Positions 50,190 to 62,545 of a stretch of DNA of 64,000 nt are shown here, in pieces (the first letter of the stretch is position 1; every line of letters starts with the position of its first letter). The stretch spans positions 7,626,001 to 7,690,000 of the forward strand of contig NC_043017.1 in assembly GCF_006345805.1 (NCBI RefSeq), written 5' to 3'. Made by a program: the position numbers and the translations under genes. The notes under the pieces were generated by a model. The model ran no database searches, was not told the origin of the DNA, and worked only from the letters and a program-made list of their open reading frames with translations. This DNA comes from Octopus sinensis (lineage: Eukaryota).

Positions 50190-50482
50190 ACTAGACAACA
50201 ACTGCTCCAGAGCGTCGGCTGTGGGGTCATTCCGAAAAGCTCTACCTGCGACGATTTCATCTCAATCGAAGGAGAGGAGCTTTCTCCGTCCGGGTTGCGG
50301 ATCCGTGGAACAAGCTGCCAGACGAGATGGTGAAGATGCCGACGACCGCTTTGTTCAAAGTCTCCCTTGACCTCAAGTGGCCTGAACTCTTTACATGAAC
50401 ACCACCCTGTACTTAACTCCATGTCCCCCTACATGGCCTTGCTTTTTGCTTTTTGAGCCAAAATTAACTAACTAACTAACAA
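50190..50482 (+). mobile_element. CR1-type LINE 3' end with (TAAC)n tail; a short inverted copy of the tail lies at about 10830-10895
   Basis: GHSEKLYLRRFHLNRRRGAFSVRVADPWNKLP...LFKVSLD. Confidence 0.75.
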
Positions 50483-50527
50483 CAGCAACTATAAAGAGAA
50501 AGAAAAATTAAAACATGGATAGCTTAC

Positions 50528-50688
50528 AGTGGCCAGTTCTTTTTGGGTCATGTTACACCTTTGTCGACATTGTTGAATGAGCCGAGACACATCAATGCTA
50601 ACTTTACTGATGTGCAGCTCCTCAGTTTCTTGGTCGAGTTTGTTTGCATTAATGTTAGCAGCGTGTTGCTTGTTTTGACCAGCACTGA
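50528..50688 (-). CDS. EDF1: EDF1 exon 3 (FSAGQNKQHAANINANKLDQETEELHISKVSIDVSRLIQQCRQRCNMTQKELAT)
   Basis: Acceptor actttcag; donor gtaagc; 161 nt; KLDxETEEL and TQKxLAT motifs of MBF1. Confidence 0.97.
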
Positions 50689-51349
50689 CTGAAAGTATTA
50701 AAAAGAAGAGAATGGTTAATCAAATCAAGGAATCAATAAAAGTCCATGTTCCATGCTGGCACAGATTGGACAGTTTGACGGGATCTGGTGAGTCCAAGGA
50801 CTGCATTGCATTCAAACGTCTGCTACAGCATGATTTCTACAGTTGGATGCCTTTCTTAACGGCAACCACTTTACATTGTGAACTGGATGCTTTTTCATAT
50901 CACCAGTACAAGTGAGGTCACTATGCAGCTTGCAAGACTACGAACCCCCCAATATATACATTGACATAGAGTATATTATAATTGCAAAATGAAATACAGA
51001 GTCCCTACCAACAATTGATATGCATGTGCCAGTTGCCAGGGATGGGTTCGATATGTAAATTGGTCTATCCAATACTGCTAAACTCAGTGGCCATTTAAGC
51101 GATGTATCTTTAGTATCTGTTTTTGCATGCTGGCAAGGGTTAGATGGTTTGACATGGTGCTGGCCAGTCAGAGAGCTGCACAGACTCCATTTGTCTGTCG
51201 TGGAAAGTTGCCTTCTAAACACCACCCACTTTACAGAGTATGCTGGGTGCTTTTTGCATGCCACTGGCACAGGTGTGTTTACACAGCATCAGCACAAGTG
51301 CATTTTATGTGGCATCGGCACTTATAAACAGCAAGCCTGTACGTATGGA

Positions 51350-51700
51350 CAATAGGGATTTTACTTAGCTTGACGTGTCTTCTCATGTATAGCAAATCGC
51401 CACACCTCCCGGTCCTTTGTCATTTCCTCAGTGAGGCCCAGAGTCTGAAGATCCTTTCTCACCCCTTCATCCCATGTCTTCCTGGGTTTAAACCTTTCCG
51501 CAGGTTCCCTTCACAATTAAAGCTCAGCACCTCTTTATGCAGCTGTCCCCATCCATATGCATCACAAGACCAAACCAGTGCAGTCTTCCCCCTTGTACAC
51601 AACATCTGATGTTTCTTATACCCAGTTTTCCACTTAAATCATTTACATTCTGTCAGGCATGCACCCTAACCCTAACCCATCCAGTGGAACATGCTAGCTT
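51350..51700 (-). mobile_element. Degenerate RTE LINE 3' fragment
   Basis: Shares segments with 62945-63250 (gtcctttgtcat..gaggccca; ccatccatatgcatcaca). Confidence 0.55.
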
Positions 51701-51869
51701 CAAGGAGCAAGAACTCCAGAAATACACGTATACACCCATCACCTATTTTGCTATCTTTGATTGCATAGTTTACATAGATGTATTCGTATACAAAATATCG
51801 TAACTTTCGGTGCTGACTCTAAATTCAAGAGAAAATCTGTAACGATACACTTAAAAAAATTATATATAG

Positions 51870-52280
51870 GTGTGCACCCATACCAACCCCCTTTGCTTGC
51901 GAAGACATGTTGGGGCAAGCGAAATCGAAATCGAATTGAACCAGCCAGGATCCCTGGTCTGGTGGTACGTAAAAAGCACTATCCGACTCGTGGCCAATGC
52001 CAGCGCCGCCTCGACTGGCTTCCGTGCCGGTGGCACATAAAATACACCAATCCGACTGTGGCCGTTGCCAGCCTCGCCTGGCACCTGTGCAGGTGGCACG
52101 TAAAAAGCACCCACTACACTCACGGAGTGGTTGGCGTTAGGAAGGGCATCCAGCTGTAGAAACATTGCCAGATAAGACTGGAGCCTGGTGCAGCCTTCTG
52201 GCTTCCCAGATCCCCGGTCGAACCGTCCAACCCATGCTAGCATGGAGAACGGACGTTAAACGATGATGATGATGATGATG
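51870..52280 (+). mobile_element. Family C repeat with an RTE-like 3' end and (GAT)n tail. Copies at about 345-580(-), 13250-13570(-), 23780-24012, 27700-28085(-), 44550-44830, 48475-48845(-), 52445-52630(-), 53450-53770(-), 54520-54780
   Basis: Recurrent gtggttggcgttaggaagggcatccagctgtagaaac...ccaacccatgctagcatggaaaacggacgttaaacgatgatgat; adjoins RTE ORF2 at about 54510. Confidence 0.85.
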
Positions 52281-54134
52281 TGCCTATGTGTTTCTCTGAA
52301 AATGTTGAGCTACAAGCTGTAACATCATTTCCTATGACAAGAAACTATCTGCTGGCATTGTGCCTTTGAAGACATTTGGAATAAGAGAGCCCTTACATGA
52401 AAAACAGATAAGGGCTGGTGGTGAAAAGAGCATTAGGAAGTAAATCATCATCATCATCATCCTTAATGTCGGTTTTCCATGCTGGTGTGAGTTGGATGGT
52501 TTGACTGAAAAATGGTAAGCTGGGGAGCTACACCAGGTTCCAATCTGATTAGGCATGGTTTCTACAGCTGGATGCCCTTCGTAATGCCAACCACTCCAAG
52601 AGCGTAGTGGGTACCTTTTATGTGCCACTGACATGGGTACCAGTTACAAAACACCAGCATCAGCCACGACTGTGATCTTACTTGGCTTGTCAGGTCTTCT
52701 CAAGCACAGTATATTGCCAAAGGTCTCAGTCACTTGTCACTGCCTCCATGGGGCCCAAAGTTCGAAGGGTGCTTTTTTATGTGTCAGTGGCCTGGGTGCT
52801 AGTTACATGACACAGGCATTGGCCAAAACTACGATTTCCCTTGGCTTGACAGGTCTTCTCAAGCACAGCGTATTGCCCAACATCTTGAAGGGTGCATTTT
52901 ACGTGTCACCAGCATGAGTGACAGGACTTCTCAAGCACAGAAAATCGGCCATGGAAAAGCAGAAACAAAAGTAAACAAAAGACATACAAACACATCACCA
53001 TCACCATTTCAACATTTACTTTTTCATCCTTACAGAGATCTGACGAGTCTGTGTTGGGTTAAAATTTCTTCAGGCAGATGCCCTTCTTGAGGCTAACCCT
53101 CACCCGTTTCCATGCAAGACAATAATACCCCAGGTTATCAAACAAACAGCCTGGATATGCTTACATGGTGTACTGTGAATAAATAACACTATTTGTATAA
53201 GTCGCATCACATTTGTTTACAATCAGCCTGCACCTGTTAAGACAAGAACTCACACTCAGTGCACATATGTATATATGTGACAGACTGCTAGTTTCTGTTT
53301 ACCAAATTTCATGAGATATTGATCAATCTGCCGCTAAAGTAGAGGGCACCAGCTGTCAGTATCCACATAGTTGACCAAAACAAACTTCTTAACCACACAG
53401 CCATGCCTGCCTAAGTGCATGTGTGTGTGTGTGTATGTATATATATATAATCATCATCATCATCGTTTAATGTCCGTTTTCCATGCTAGCATGGGTTGGA
53501 CAGTTCGACCGGGGTCTGGGAAGCCAGAAGGCTGCTACAAGCTCCAGTCAGATCTGGCAGTGTTTCTACAGCTGGATGCCCTTCCTAACGCAAACCACTC
53601 CGTGAGTGTAGTGGGCGCTTTTTACATGCCAGGCGAGGCTAGCAACGGGAGCCAGTCAAGGCAGTGCTGGCATCGGCCACGTTCAGATGGTGCTTTTTAC
53701 GTGCTACCAGCACAGGGATCACAACTACAATTTCCATTGATTTTTGATGTTGATGTACTTGACTCAATAGGTCTCATATATATATATAGCTGAAGGCTTA
53801 AAATTAATCAAAGGACATACTAAGTATGTCTACCTGCTGGAAATAAGAGTCAAAACTCTTATTTAAATAGTTTTAAAAAACTGATGATAACTACAGAAAT
53901 CAACCGTCTGCAGGCAAATGGACTAGCACAATCTCTCAACATACATTCAAATATTTGGACTCACGAGGACCGGTTTCTGGACTGGCATTATAGCCTCGCT
54001 TTCCTCAGCACACATTACCATGATGGAAAGCCATTTCCCATTATTTTTAATTGTTACACAAGATAATAATAGAGTTAGTACTATCTTTGCAAATATTTTC
54101 TCTTGAAATATTTGCTCCATATATATATATATAT

Positions 54135-54510
54135 AGGTGACCAAGACAGTAGCGTGGGTGGATGCTCTGAGAGCATAGCTGCTAGAATAAGAAAAGCCTG
54201 GGCAAAGTTTAGAGAGCTCCTACCTCTGCTGGTAACAAAAGGCCTCTCGCTCAAAGTGAAAGGTATGACATATGTGTGAACAGCCATGCTACACGGCAGT
54301 GAAATATGGGCTTTGACTGCTGAGGACATGCGTAAGCTTGCAAGAAATGAAACTAGTATGTTCCACTGGATGTGTAATGTCAGTGTGCATACACAACAGA
54401 GTATAAGCACCCTGAGAGAAAAGTTGGACATAAAAAGCATCAGATGTGGTGTGCAAGAGAGATCACTATACTGGTTTGGTTGTGTTGCGTATGGATGAGG
54501 ACAGCAACAT
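54135..54510 (+). mobile_element. RTE-clade LINE ORF2 C-terminal fragment
   Basis: GGCSESIAARIRKAWAKFRELLPLL...MLHGSEIWAL...RNETSMFHWMCNV...QERSLYWFG. Confidence 0.85.
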
Positions 54511-55068
54511 GTAAAATGCACCATACAAACGTGGCTGATACCAGTGCCACCCGACTGGTCCTGTGCTGGAGGCACGTAAAAAGCACCATTTGAGCGTGGT
54601 CGATGCCAGTACTGACTGACTGGCCCTCCTGCCGGTGGCACACAAAAAAGCACCCACTACACTCTCAGGGTGGTTAGCATTAGGAAGGGCATCCAGCTGT
54701 AGAAACCTTGCGGGATCAGACTGGAGTCTGGTACAGCCTTCGGGTTTGCCAGTCCTCAGTCAAACCATCCAACCCATGATGACAATGGGCTTCCACACAG
54801 TTTCCATCCACCAAATTCGCTTACAAGGCATTGGTAAGCCAGGGGATTTAGTAGAAGACCCTTGCCTAAGGTTCCACATGGTGGAACCAAGCCCAAAACT
54901 ATGTAGTTACAAAGCAAGCTTCTAAACCACACATCCATGCTTCTGCCTATCTCTCTGGTTAATCTATAAGCTATTATTTAAATAAAACAGACTTACATGA
55001 TACAGTTATAATATTTTACTCTTAATAATTGATCAGCAAAAGATGTTTCAACTAAAGGAAAAACTTAC

Positions 55069-55120
55069 ATCGTTTAGTAGTCTCCACAGCAGCACCTGTT
55101 CTTTGAGCAGTAGTAACAGC
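55069..55120 (-). CDS. EDF1: EDF1 exon 2 (AVTTAQRTGAAVETTKR)
   Basis: Acceptor ttttgtag; donor gtaagt; 52 nt; matches AILAAQRRGEDVETSKK. Confidence 0.94.
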
Positions 55121-57346
55121 CTACAAAAGAGATTGAAAAACCAAGAATTAAAACATTAAACATGCTACAAAAACATGTTTGTTGTCACTGATTTAACAAG
55201 AAAGCAACACTGAGATCTTCCACACCTTCCTTAGACACCCACTTGTCTTAATCATTGACAGAGATTAAATAGCTAGAACCAGCACTCAAATAACTATCAG
55301 ACCATTCTAGGCAGCTGCTCAAACTACTAAAACAAACTTTATCTTTTATGTGTCTCAGTCACTGGACTGCAGACATGCTGGAGCACTGCCTTGAAAAGTT
55401 TAATGCAACAAACTGACTCCAGTATATATCTTTTATTCAAATCTCGTGCTTATTCTATTGATCTCTTTAGCCGAACTGCTAGATTATGGGGATGTAAACA
55501 AATCATCACTGGCAGTGTGTGAGGGTGGCAAACACACAAACAGATCTGGCCGTTGTCCGTGCAACATCGATATTCCTCCCCATGTTAAAATCTTGTATCC
55601 CTGCCGTAAGGCTTCATTTCCACACACGCCAGCTTAATTTAATTCATCCTTAGTCGAAAGACACCTGTTGTTATGTCCTGTTATTATTTTTATTGTATGT
55701 GTGTAACATTGTCCGTTTTTTTCCGTCCTTGTTGTTGTATACATTCGCTGCTTTCTTCCAAGGAATCTAATGCTCTTAGCTTAGTTTTTCTTTGGGGCTG
55801 GCCAGATTGGAGCAATCTCAAGTATAATCAGCCGAAATTGCAAAGATAATCTGCTATTTGACTGAGGAAAGAAAATTTCAAATGACCCATCCTTGTTTTG
55901 TTTGTATCGTCTGTCAGGATGTTTTGTTGTCCCCTTTTTGTATCACCTAACTGTCCGGATGTTTTGCGTTCTTGTCCCATTTTGTATTTTATATATATAT
56001 GACAATGTTGTATACAGTTTCCTGCAACTAAATTCATTCAAGAGGCATTGGTTGGGCTTGGGGCTATAGTAGAAGACATTTGCCCAATGAACTTGAAACT
56101 ACATGGTTATAAAATGAGCTTCTTGCTTGGAAGCAGATGAGGGCTGGCAACAAGAAGGACATCCAGCCATAGAAAATCTTCTTCGATAAACTCTGTCCAA
56201 CCCAAGCAAGCAAGGGAAAGCAAACATGAAAACAGAGAAAATACTAACACCATAAAAACGAGGCGAATAACCAGGAAAAATTGCAATCATACACGATATA
56301 CCCAACATTTTTTGAGCTTTGCAACCAAAGGAAAACTAAATATAAGAAGACAATAAACTCATGCTTACTTCTAAATCCCTGGTTTACCTCTTTAATTTTG
56401 TTGCTTTTGTTGTTCAGCTGCAGGTCAACCATGCACAAGCAAATCTAAGATGCAAAGTATTTCAACAATAACCAAAGGTCAAGCGGCTGTGTTGGCTCAT
56501 CTTTAATTACATATTATAAAGAAGTCAATAGGAAATTCGTAAGGTGCCAAACATGTTACAGATCATTTAGACTGTGTGTGTATGTGTGTATCTAAACAAT
56601 CTGTATGTGCAAGTATGGTTTAGACACACATATGGGAAGGTACAAGCATGGCTTTGTGGTTAAGTTCACTTCACAACCGCATGGTTTTGGGTTCAGTTCC
56701 ACAACATGACACCTAGTGCTAACATCTTCCTCTGTAGTCATAGGACAAGAAAAATTTTGTGAGGGATTTTGGTAGAATGAAACTGAAAACATCCATGTGT
56801 ATATGGATAAGCATGTGTGTGTGTCTCCTTCACTTAACATTGCATGATAATTGTCAACAAATGTTCCAGTCATAGAAATATTGTTTGATTGTAATTCTTA
56901 GGAAAAATATCACTTTTCTTGGAAACAAGTGAGGACCGATGACAGGAAGATTACCCAACCATAAAAAAAAATCTACCTCAATGAATTTCAGCTGACCCAT
57001 GCAAGTACAGAAAAGTAAACATTACAATGATGGTGATGATTATCATATACCAAACATAATAATTCTATTCTGAGTTTCCCTTGCAGGTATGCAAAGTATT
57101 CAGGAAAGTTGTGACAAAGATATTTATCTCTACCATTAAGTCCTCTTTTTTTTCGGACAGTTAATGTTTAATGGATATGTAGTTACATGTAGTTGAAATT
57201 TACAGAAAAGACGAAGACAGGTGTATAAACAAGAAGCAGGTGTATTAGTTTGATGCTTGGGAAAGTCAGAAAGTCTTTTACATTCCGAGCCTACGCTCTT
57301 CAACAGAAAGGAAAACGAGGATATATATATATATATATATATATAT

Positions 57347-57719
57347 GGCACAGGAGTGGGTGTGTGGTAAGTAGCTTGCTTACCAACCACATGGTTCCAG
57401 GTTCACTCCCACTGCGTGGTACCTTGGGCAAGTGACTTCTACTATAGCCTCGGGCCGACCAATGCCTTGTGAGTGGATTTGGTAGACGGAAACTGAAAGA
57501 AGCCCGTCGTATGTATGTATATGTGTGTGTGTTTTTCCCCACCAACATCGCTTGACAACCGATGCTGGTGTGTTTACGTCCCTGTAACTTAGCGGTTCGG
57601 TAAAAGAGACCGATAGAATAAGTACTAGGCTTACAAAGAATAAGTTCTGGGGTCGATCTGCTCGACTAAAGGTGGTGCTCCAGCATGGCCGCAGTCAAAT
57701 GACTGAAACAAGTAAAAGA

Positions 57720-57722
<3 letters not shown>
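57347..57722 (+). mobile_element. tRNA-derived SINE family A, well-preserved copy in a (TA)n tract. Other copies at about 1190-1565(-), 11330-11600, 16985-17200(-), 22070-22445(-), 22690-23075, 26060-26420, 33225-33670, 42490-42870(-), 47370-47530
   Basis: Pol III A/B-box-like head (gtgtggtaag...ggttc.ggttca.tccc); shared body cttgggcaagtgtcttctactatagcc...; tail tgactgaaacaagtaaaagag; many dispersed copies. Confidence 0.85.
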
Positions 57723-57757
<35 letters not shown>

Positions 57758-57929
57758 TCGCGATCGTTTCTCCTAAGAAGGGTGCACATTTTTGAAGATT
57801 ATTTGGACACTTGTGCGTTAAATAAAAGCACACACACACACACACCTATATCATTATCATCATCATCATTTAACGTCCATGTTCCACACAATGGACCCTT
57901 CGTCGATTTTGTCGTTAAGCACGCAGATA

Positions 57930-58215
57930 ATAATAATAATAATAATAATAATAATTGTGTACAGTGCTCAGGTGCACTACAACTCATCTAAAGTGTATAT
58001 ATAATCAGGTGTAGTTTCGGCGGATTTCGGAAAGCATGAGGGCCTTAAAAGATGCAGTGTCATGGCAGTCAACAACTGACGCAGGCAGTTTATTCCATGC
58101 TTCAGCAACTCTGAGCGTGAAAAAATGTTTCCGAAAGTCATGGGAGCTGTATTGTTTTCTGACTTTGTAGGCATGTCCACGTGTGTTAGACACATGGAGA
58201 TGGTTCGACCAGCTG
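57930..58215 (-). mobile_element. CR1/L2-type LINE 3' end with (TTA)n tail; a weaker copy lies at about 46485-46715
   Basis: NTRGHAYKVRKQ...RKHFFTLRVAEAWNKLP...FKA is the typical CR1 RT C-terminus. Confidence 0.8.
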
Positions 58216-58540
58216 AAATATCTGCTCGTTAGATCAACGTCTAAGCGGCCGAATATTTCAGCGATACGTGTGCCCTTCTCGGGTGACAGGTGAATGATGC
58301 AATATGTTACAATGCATCTGACGAAGTTTCCGCACAGTTTTCGCTTGTCCAGCTTCACCCCACAACGTTTGGTGGTTACCCGAAGTTAAATTAAAGAATT
58401 ACAAACACTTGTTCAAGGTGCCATGCAGTGGGACCTTGGGCCCGGGATCCGCTGATTGCGTGACGAAATTCCATGCCCACTTCGGCCATGACTGCGTTCG
58501 CTACATATGAATTATGGAAGGAAGTACACACACACATATA

Positions 58541-58616
<76 letters not shown>

Positions 58617-59625
58617 ACATAACTTCGGTATAAGTACTGGATACATTACAAGAAAGTGTTTTTATTATATGGGGGTTTAGTGTTAGGGGTGGGAAAAAAG
58701 GGTTTCTGTTACCCACACATACAAACGTACATAACTACATATATATATATATACACGCACACACACACTTCCCTCTGTTTAGGTAGTTATCAATGAAACT
58801 AAACCCAAACCTCAGAATCCAAGATCAGTCTTTGATTTACCGAGACACGCAGGTAATACAAAACTGGGAATACATGTCGAGTTACGAGGCACGTGTGATC
58901 CAGCAGAAGACACAGCAAAATATTTGGTGAGACACCAGTAATCGACATGTGAAAAATTAGTAACAAACACTTAGAAACCATTAATACATTCAACAAATAG
59001 CCAAGACTCAAAAAGTTTGGCTGTTGTAGGGGACTGTTGAGGGGGCACCTAATCAACCACATGGCAGAATAAAACTGTCCCATGTTCGTTGGGTTTCTTT
59101 TCTTCTCTTGAAAATAATCACGTATTCATTGTGACATCAAAGTCATATAAAATAGCTTTCTCTACGTGTTGTTCTAGACTTTTCTGTATACCCAAAGGTA
59201 TATTCTAATAACCATACAAGGTGCAAATCACCCGATGCAACACATTATTAACGCACTGCTGCTATTTCACAAATGCAGACTCTTAAATCTCTGAACTTTA
59301 TTTGTTATTATTGTTGGTAGTATGTCCTTTCAAAACAAAATAAATAAACAACAGGAGCATATACCAAAAACCTTTTTTAAGAGTGTTTGCTTAAGATTCT
59401 TAATTGCTTTAATGTCGACGTCAACAAAAATAGTTTGGGTGGTAGAGGTGCAAATCGCTGTAAACAGGTAGAGAGAAAGAGAAGAAGCAGTGTTAAAAAG
59501 GAACGACAGCGCAAAGGAAAGGCAATAATAATCCAGGTACACATAGAATTAATAAAATTAATGGTGATATACATGATAAGATGAGCTGTAGTGAAGCCTT
59601 TTGCTTTGTTGCTCGTAAGATTTAC

Positions 59626-59700
59626 CTGTTTCGATCTAAGCTGTCCAGCTTTCGCTCTCTTACCAATGTAAGTGACTTCATTCCAGTCGGACTCCGCCAT
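59626..59700 (-). CDS. EDF1: Endothelial differentiation-related factor 1 / MBF1 exon 1 (MAESDWNEVTYIGKRAKAGQLRSKQ)
   Basis: MAESDW start as in EDF1; donor CAG|gtaaat. Confidence 0.96.
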
Positions 59701-59960
59701 TGTAGTTTCTGAGAATACGTTATGACAGATAGAGCAACAACGAGGGGAAAATTAGAGGCTTCTGGAAGCTATGTGGCCGCTCTAGACTTATTTATGAGAC
59801 CAATGCAATATCGAATTGGTCAGGACGAAGTTGAAGATGAAAGAAATTGTTTGCTTTCTCAAGGAAGTCGTTCGGTTGGTGACACGAGACAAGTAGCGTC
59901 GAAGTAACTTCTAGAAAAATGTGGAATGAGAGATACGAAACGAACTTTTGCCATGGCAGA
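59690..59960. promoter_or_regulatory. EDF1 promoter, CpG-rich, with a YY1-like CCGCCATT overlapping the start codon
   Basis: CpG-rich sequence directly upstream of the ATG. Confidence 0.5.
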
Positions 59961-59999
59961 CTTGTTTACATTCAAATATTGATAAGATTCTCTTTCTTT

Positions 60000-60355
60000 C
60001 TTTCTCTCTCTCTCTCTCTGTATACATACCTAAATCTATTTATTTGTATGTATGTATGTATGTACGTACGTATGTATGTATGTATGTATGTATGTATGTA
60101 TGTATGTATGTATGTATGTATGTATGTATGTATGTATGTATGTATCTATGTATCTATCTATCTATCTATCTATCTCTGTATACATACCTAAATCTATTTA
60201 TTTGTATGTATGTATCTGTCAATCTATCTATCAATCGATATATAGATAGAAAGACAGATATAAATATATATACACACACGCACGCACACACACATATAAA
60301 TATTTGTATGTATGTATGTAAGATAGATAGATAGAAGCTCGCGCGCGCGCGCGTA
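60000..60355. repeat. (CT)n/(TATG)n/(TATC)n/(CG)n microsatellite cluster
   Basis: Seen directly. Confidence 0.9.
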
Positions 60356-61361
60356 GCGTGCAAAGTATGGCTGAGTGGTTCAGAAGTTTGCTTAGTAACC
60401 TTGAAGTCCCAAGTTCAATCCCATTACATAGTATCATGAGCAACTAGAATTTTTTATAATTTCAGCTCCACTTGCTTCTGGGGAGTAAAACTGGGCTGAC
60501 AGGATCTGTATAGAAGTCTGCCAGGTTGATAATACCTGTAATTCAAAAAGCATGCTTGTTTGTGGAATATTCAGCTTCTTACATGCTATTTCAATGAGTA
60601 GATAGCATATAAGCAAGTCATGGGGTAGGTAGTTCTTCTACAATGTTTGTGTCGGGTTACTGGCTGGTTTTAAACGATATACAAGGCTTGTAAACAATTA
60701 ATAAAAGTTTTAATTAATACACATGGTGTTTTGCATGTTAATCTTTGAATGAAGATTATGGACAAGAAGTTATACACTTTGGAAGAGACAAACTCTGTAG
60801 TTTATGACAAAATAGCTGGTTTGTATAGCTCTGTGATGACTTTATCACAACTGGAGAAATATCATGCTAAATTCAAGCTGGCAATTTTAATTTTCTATCT
60901 GCTTGGCTGGAGAACAGAAATATGAGTACAAAGTTGTTAAAACAACTTCTTTGGCATGCTAGAAAGCTCCTCCTGGTGTATGAAAATGAGAATGCAGTTC
61001 TCACCACAACAGTCTCCACACTGAAGTTTAGTGCCAATAATTCATCTCTTCATAAGCCTTTTCAGAAAGTTCTAGAAGTTCTTGAATCATGTGATGGCTC
61101 AATGCTGATTGGTCAATTAATTGGCCGATCAAGTGAAATGATAATGACTAAACCATGATGCTTCCTCTCAGCAGATCAAACAACCCATCACCAGCAACCT
61201 CATTAGTAGCACATGATAAAATAGTTGGCATTAATGAAGGACATCCAGCTATATCCCCCATGCCAAAGCAGACATTGGAGCTTGGCACAGTCCTCTGGCT
61301 TGTTGGTTCTTGTCAAACCATTCAACTCTTCCTGGCATAGAAAACAGATGTTAAATGATGA

Positions 61362-61392
<31 letters not shown>

Positions 61393-61467
61393 TTTGGTGG
61401 TGGTGGTGATGATGATGAAACAAAAACAGAATAGGGCAGGAAATTAGATTAAACATTTTATTATAGC

Positions 61468-61738
61468 AAATTTAGTTTGTTCATCAACTTTCGGATATTA
61501 GAATGTTGGATTATTTATTCATTCAACTAAATGAGAACCTCAATAGCATACATATATATCTTATAATTCAATACATATAAGATAAGAATACAAATTATAA
61601 AAATCATAATATAAATTATTGAAATCATTAAAATCACTTCTTTAAGATATATATGTATGATATCGGGGTTCTCATTTTGTTGAATGAATAAATAATCCAA
61701 CATTCTAATATCCGAAAGTTGATGAACAAACTAAATTT
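61468..61738. repeat. ~72-bp near-perfect inverted repeat with a ~125-bp AT-rich spacer
   Basis: aaatttagtttgttcatcaactttcggatattagaatgttgg... and its reverse complement at 61665-61738. Confidence 0.85.
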
Positions 61739-61924
61739 GTTTCTCCATTTTCTTATTTGTATTATATATATATATATAAGAAATACTAAATTTCTAAATC
61801 TCTCGTAGAGACGTGTACGGTGGTGGGGCGATAGAATGGTAATCAGTGAATAGACTTCACTGAATTATAGATATATACAATACGAAGTCGAGACAAATAT
61901 CGCCAGCTGACCGGTGTCTGCTAC

Positions 61925-61969
61925 TCTAGGCCGATGAAGGACAATGATCCTGAAACACGTGTCCCTAGA
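61925..61969 (+). ncRNA. Type I hammerhead ribozyme-like motif of the Penelope/retrozyme kind, with a U4C core variant
   Basis: Stem I TCTAGG/CCTAGA; core CCGATGA; stem II AGGA/TCCT; GAAA; palindromic stem III ACACGTGT; cleavage triplet GTC. Confidence 0.7.
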
Positions 61970-62134
61970 TGCAGCTCCGGCGGCCAGGGGTGTTTGTCTC
62001 CCCTTCGTAAATGTATATAAGGACACAGGGAAAAATGTGTCAAAGCCATCAGGAGGCGTTGATGCTTCCTAGGGCTATACAGCGGTGGTGTACCCCGCTA
62101 CTGTCACGTTCGTGTTAGATTGACAGTATACAAC

Positions 62135-62169
<35 letters not shown>

Positions 62170-62175
<6 letters not shown>

Positions 62176-62545
62176 GCTTGGGTGGTTAACTTTGACAGTT
62201 TACATAAATGAAAAAGAAAACATACATCATCCAAGAATAAAAGTATTTTATCAAATAGATTAGTTGATAGTATCAACTAGATTAGGGCAACTCAAAGTAG
62301 CTGCCCTCAGCTTCCATCATGGTCTCATGACAGCTCCAGAATCTGGCGCATTTATTCTTCACTGTATGCCTGGGATGATCTTCAAAAACCTCCTTAATCT
62401 TAGCCACCAGCTCAGCATTGGTGTTGCAAGCAGAGTAATTGGTGTCTTTCACATCTGTGTTCCAAAAATAGTAATCCATGGGATTACAGTTGGAGGAATT
62501 AGTAAGGCAGAATTTGGGATTTGGTGAAGTCATAGAAACTCTCCA
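62170..62545 (-). mobile_element. 3' end of a maT/Tc1-mariner transposase fossil, similar to 11600-12187
   Basis: NCNPMDYYFW...ELVAKIKEVF...ARFWSCHETMMEAEGSYFE; ends at a TA microsatellite. Confidence 0.75.

Noticed and set aside
54081-54653. 190-aa minus-strand ORF
   Set aside because: Antisense reading of RTE LINE and family C repeat sequence
57270-57315. Third hammerhead-like motif on the minus strand (TTGAAGAG-cgtagg-CTCGGAATGTA)
   Set aside because: Both core strands are mutated and no convincing stem I is present; at most a dead Penelope-type remnant
57347-57430. tRNA gene, here and at other SINE heads
   Set aside because: A/B boxes are present but there is no complete cloverleaf, and the sequence continues into the SINE body
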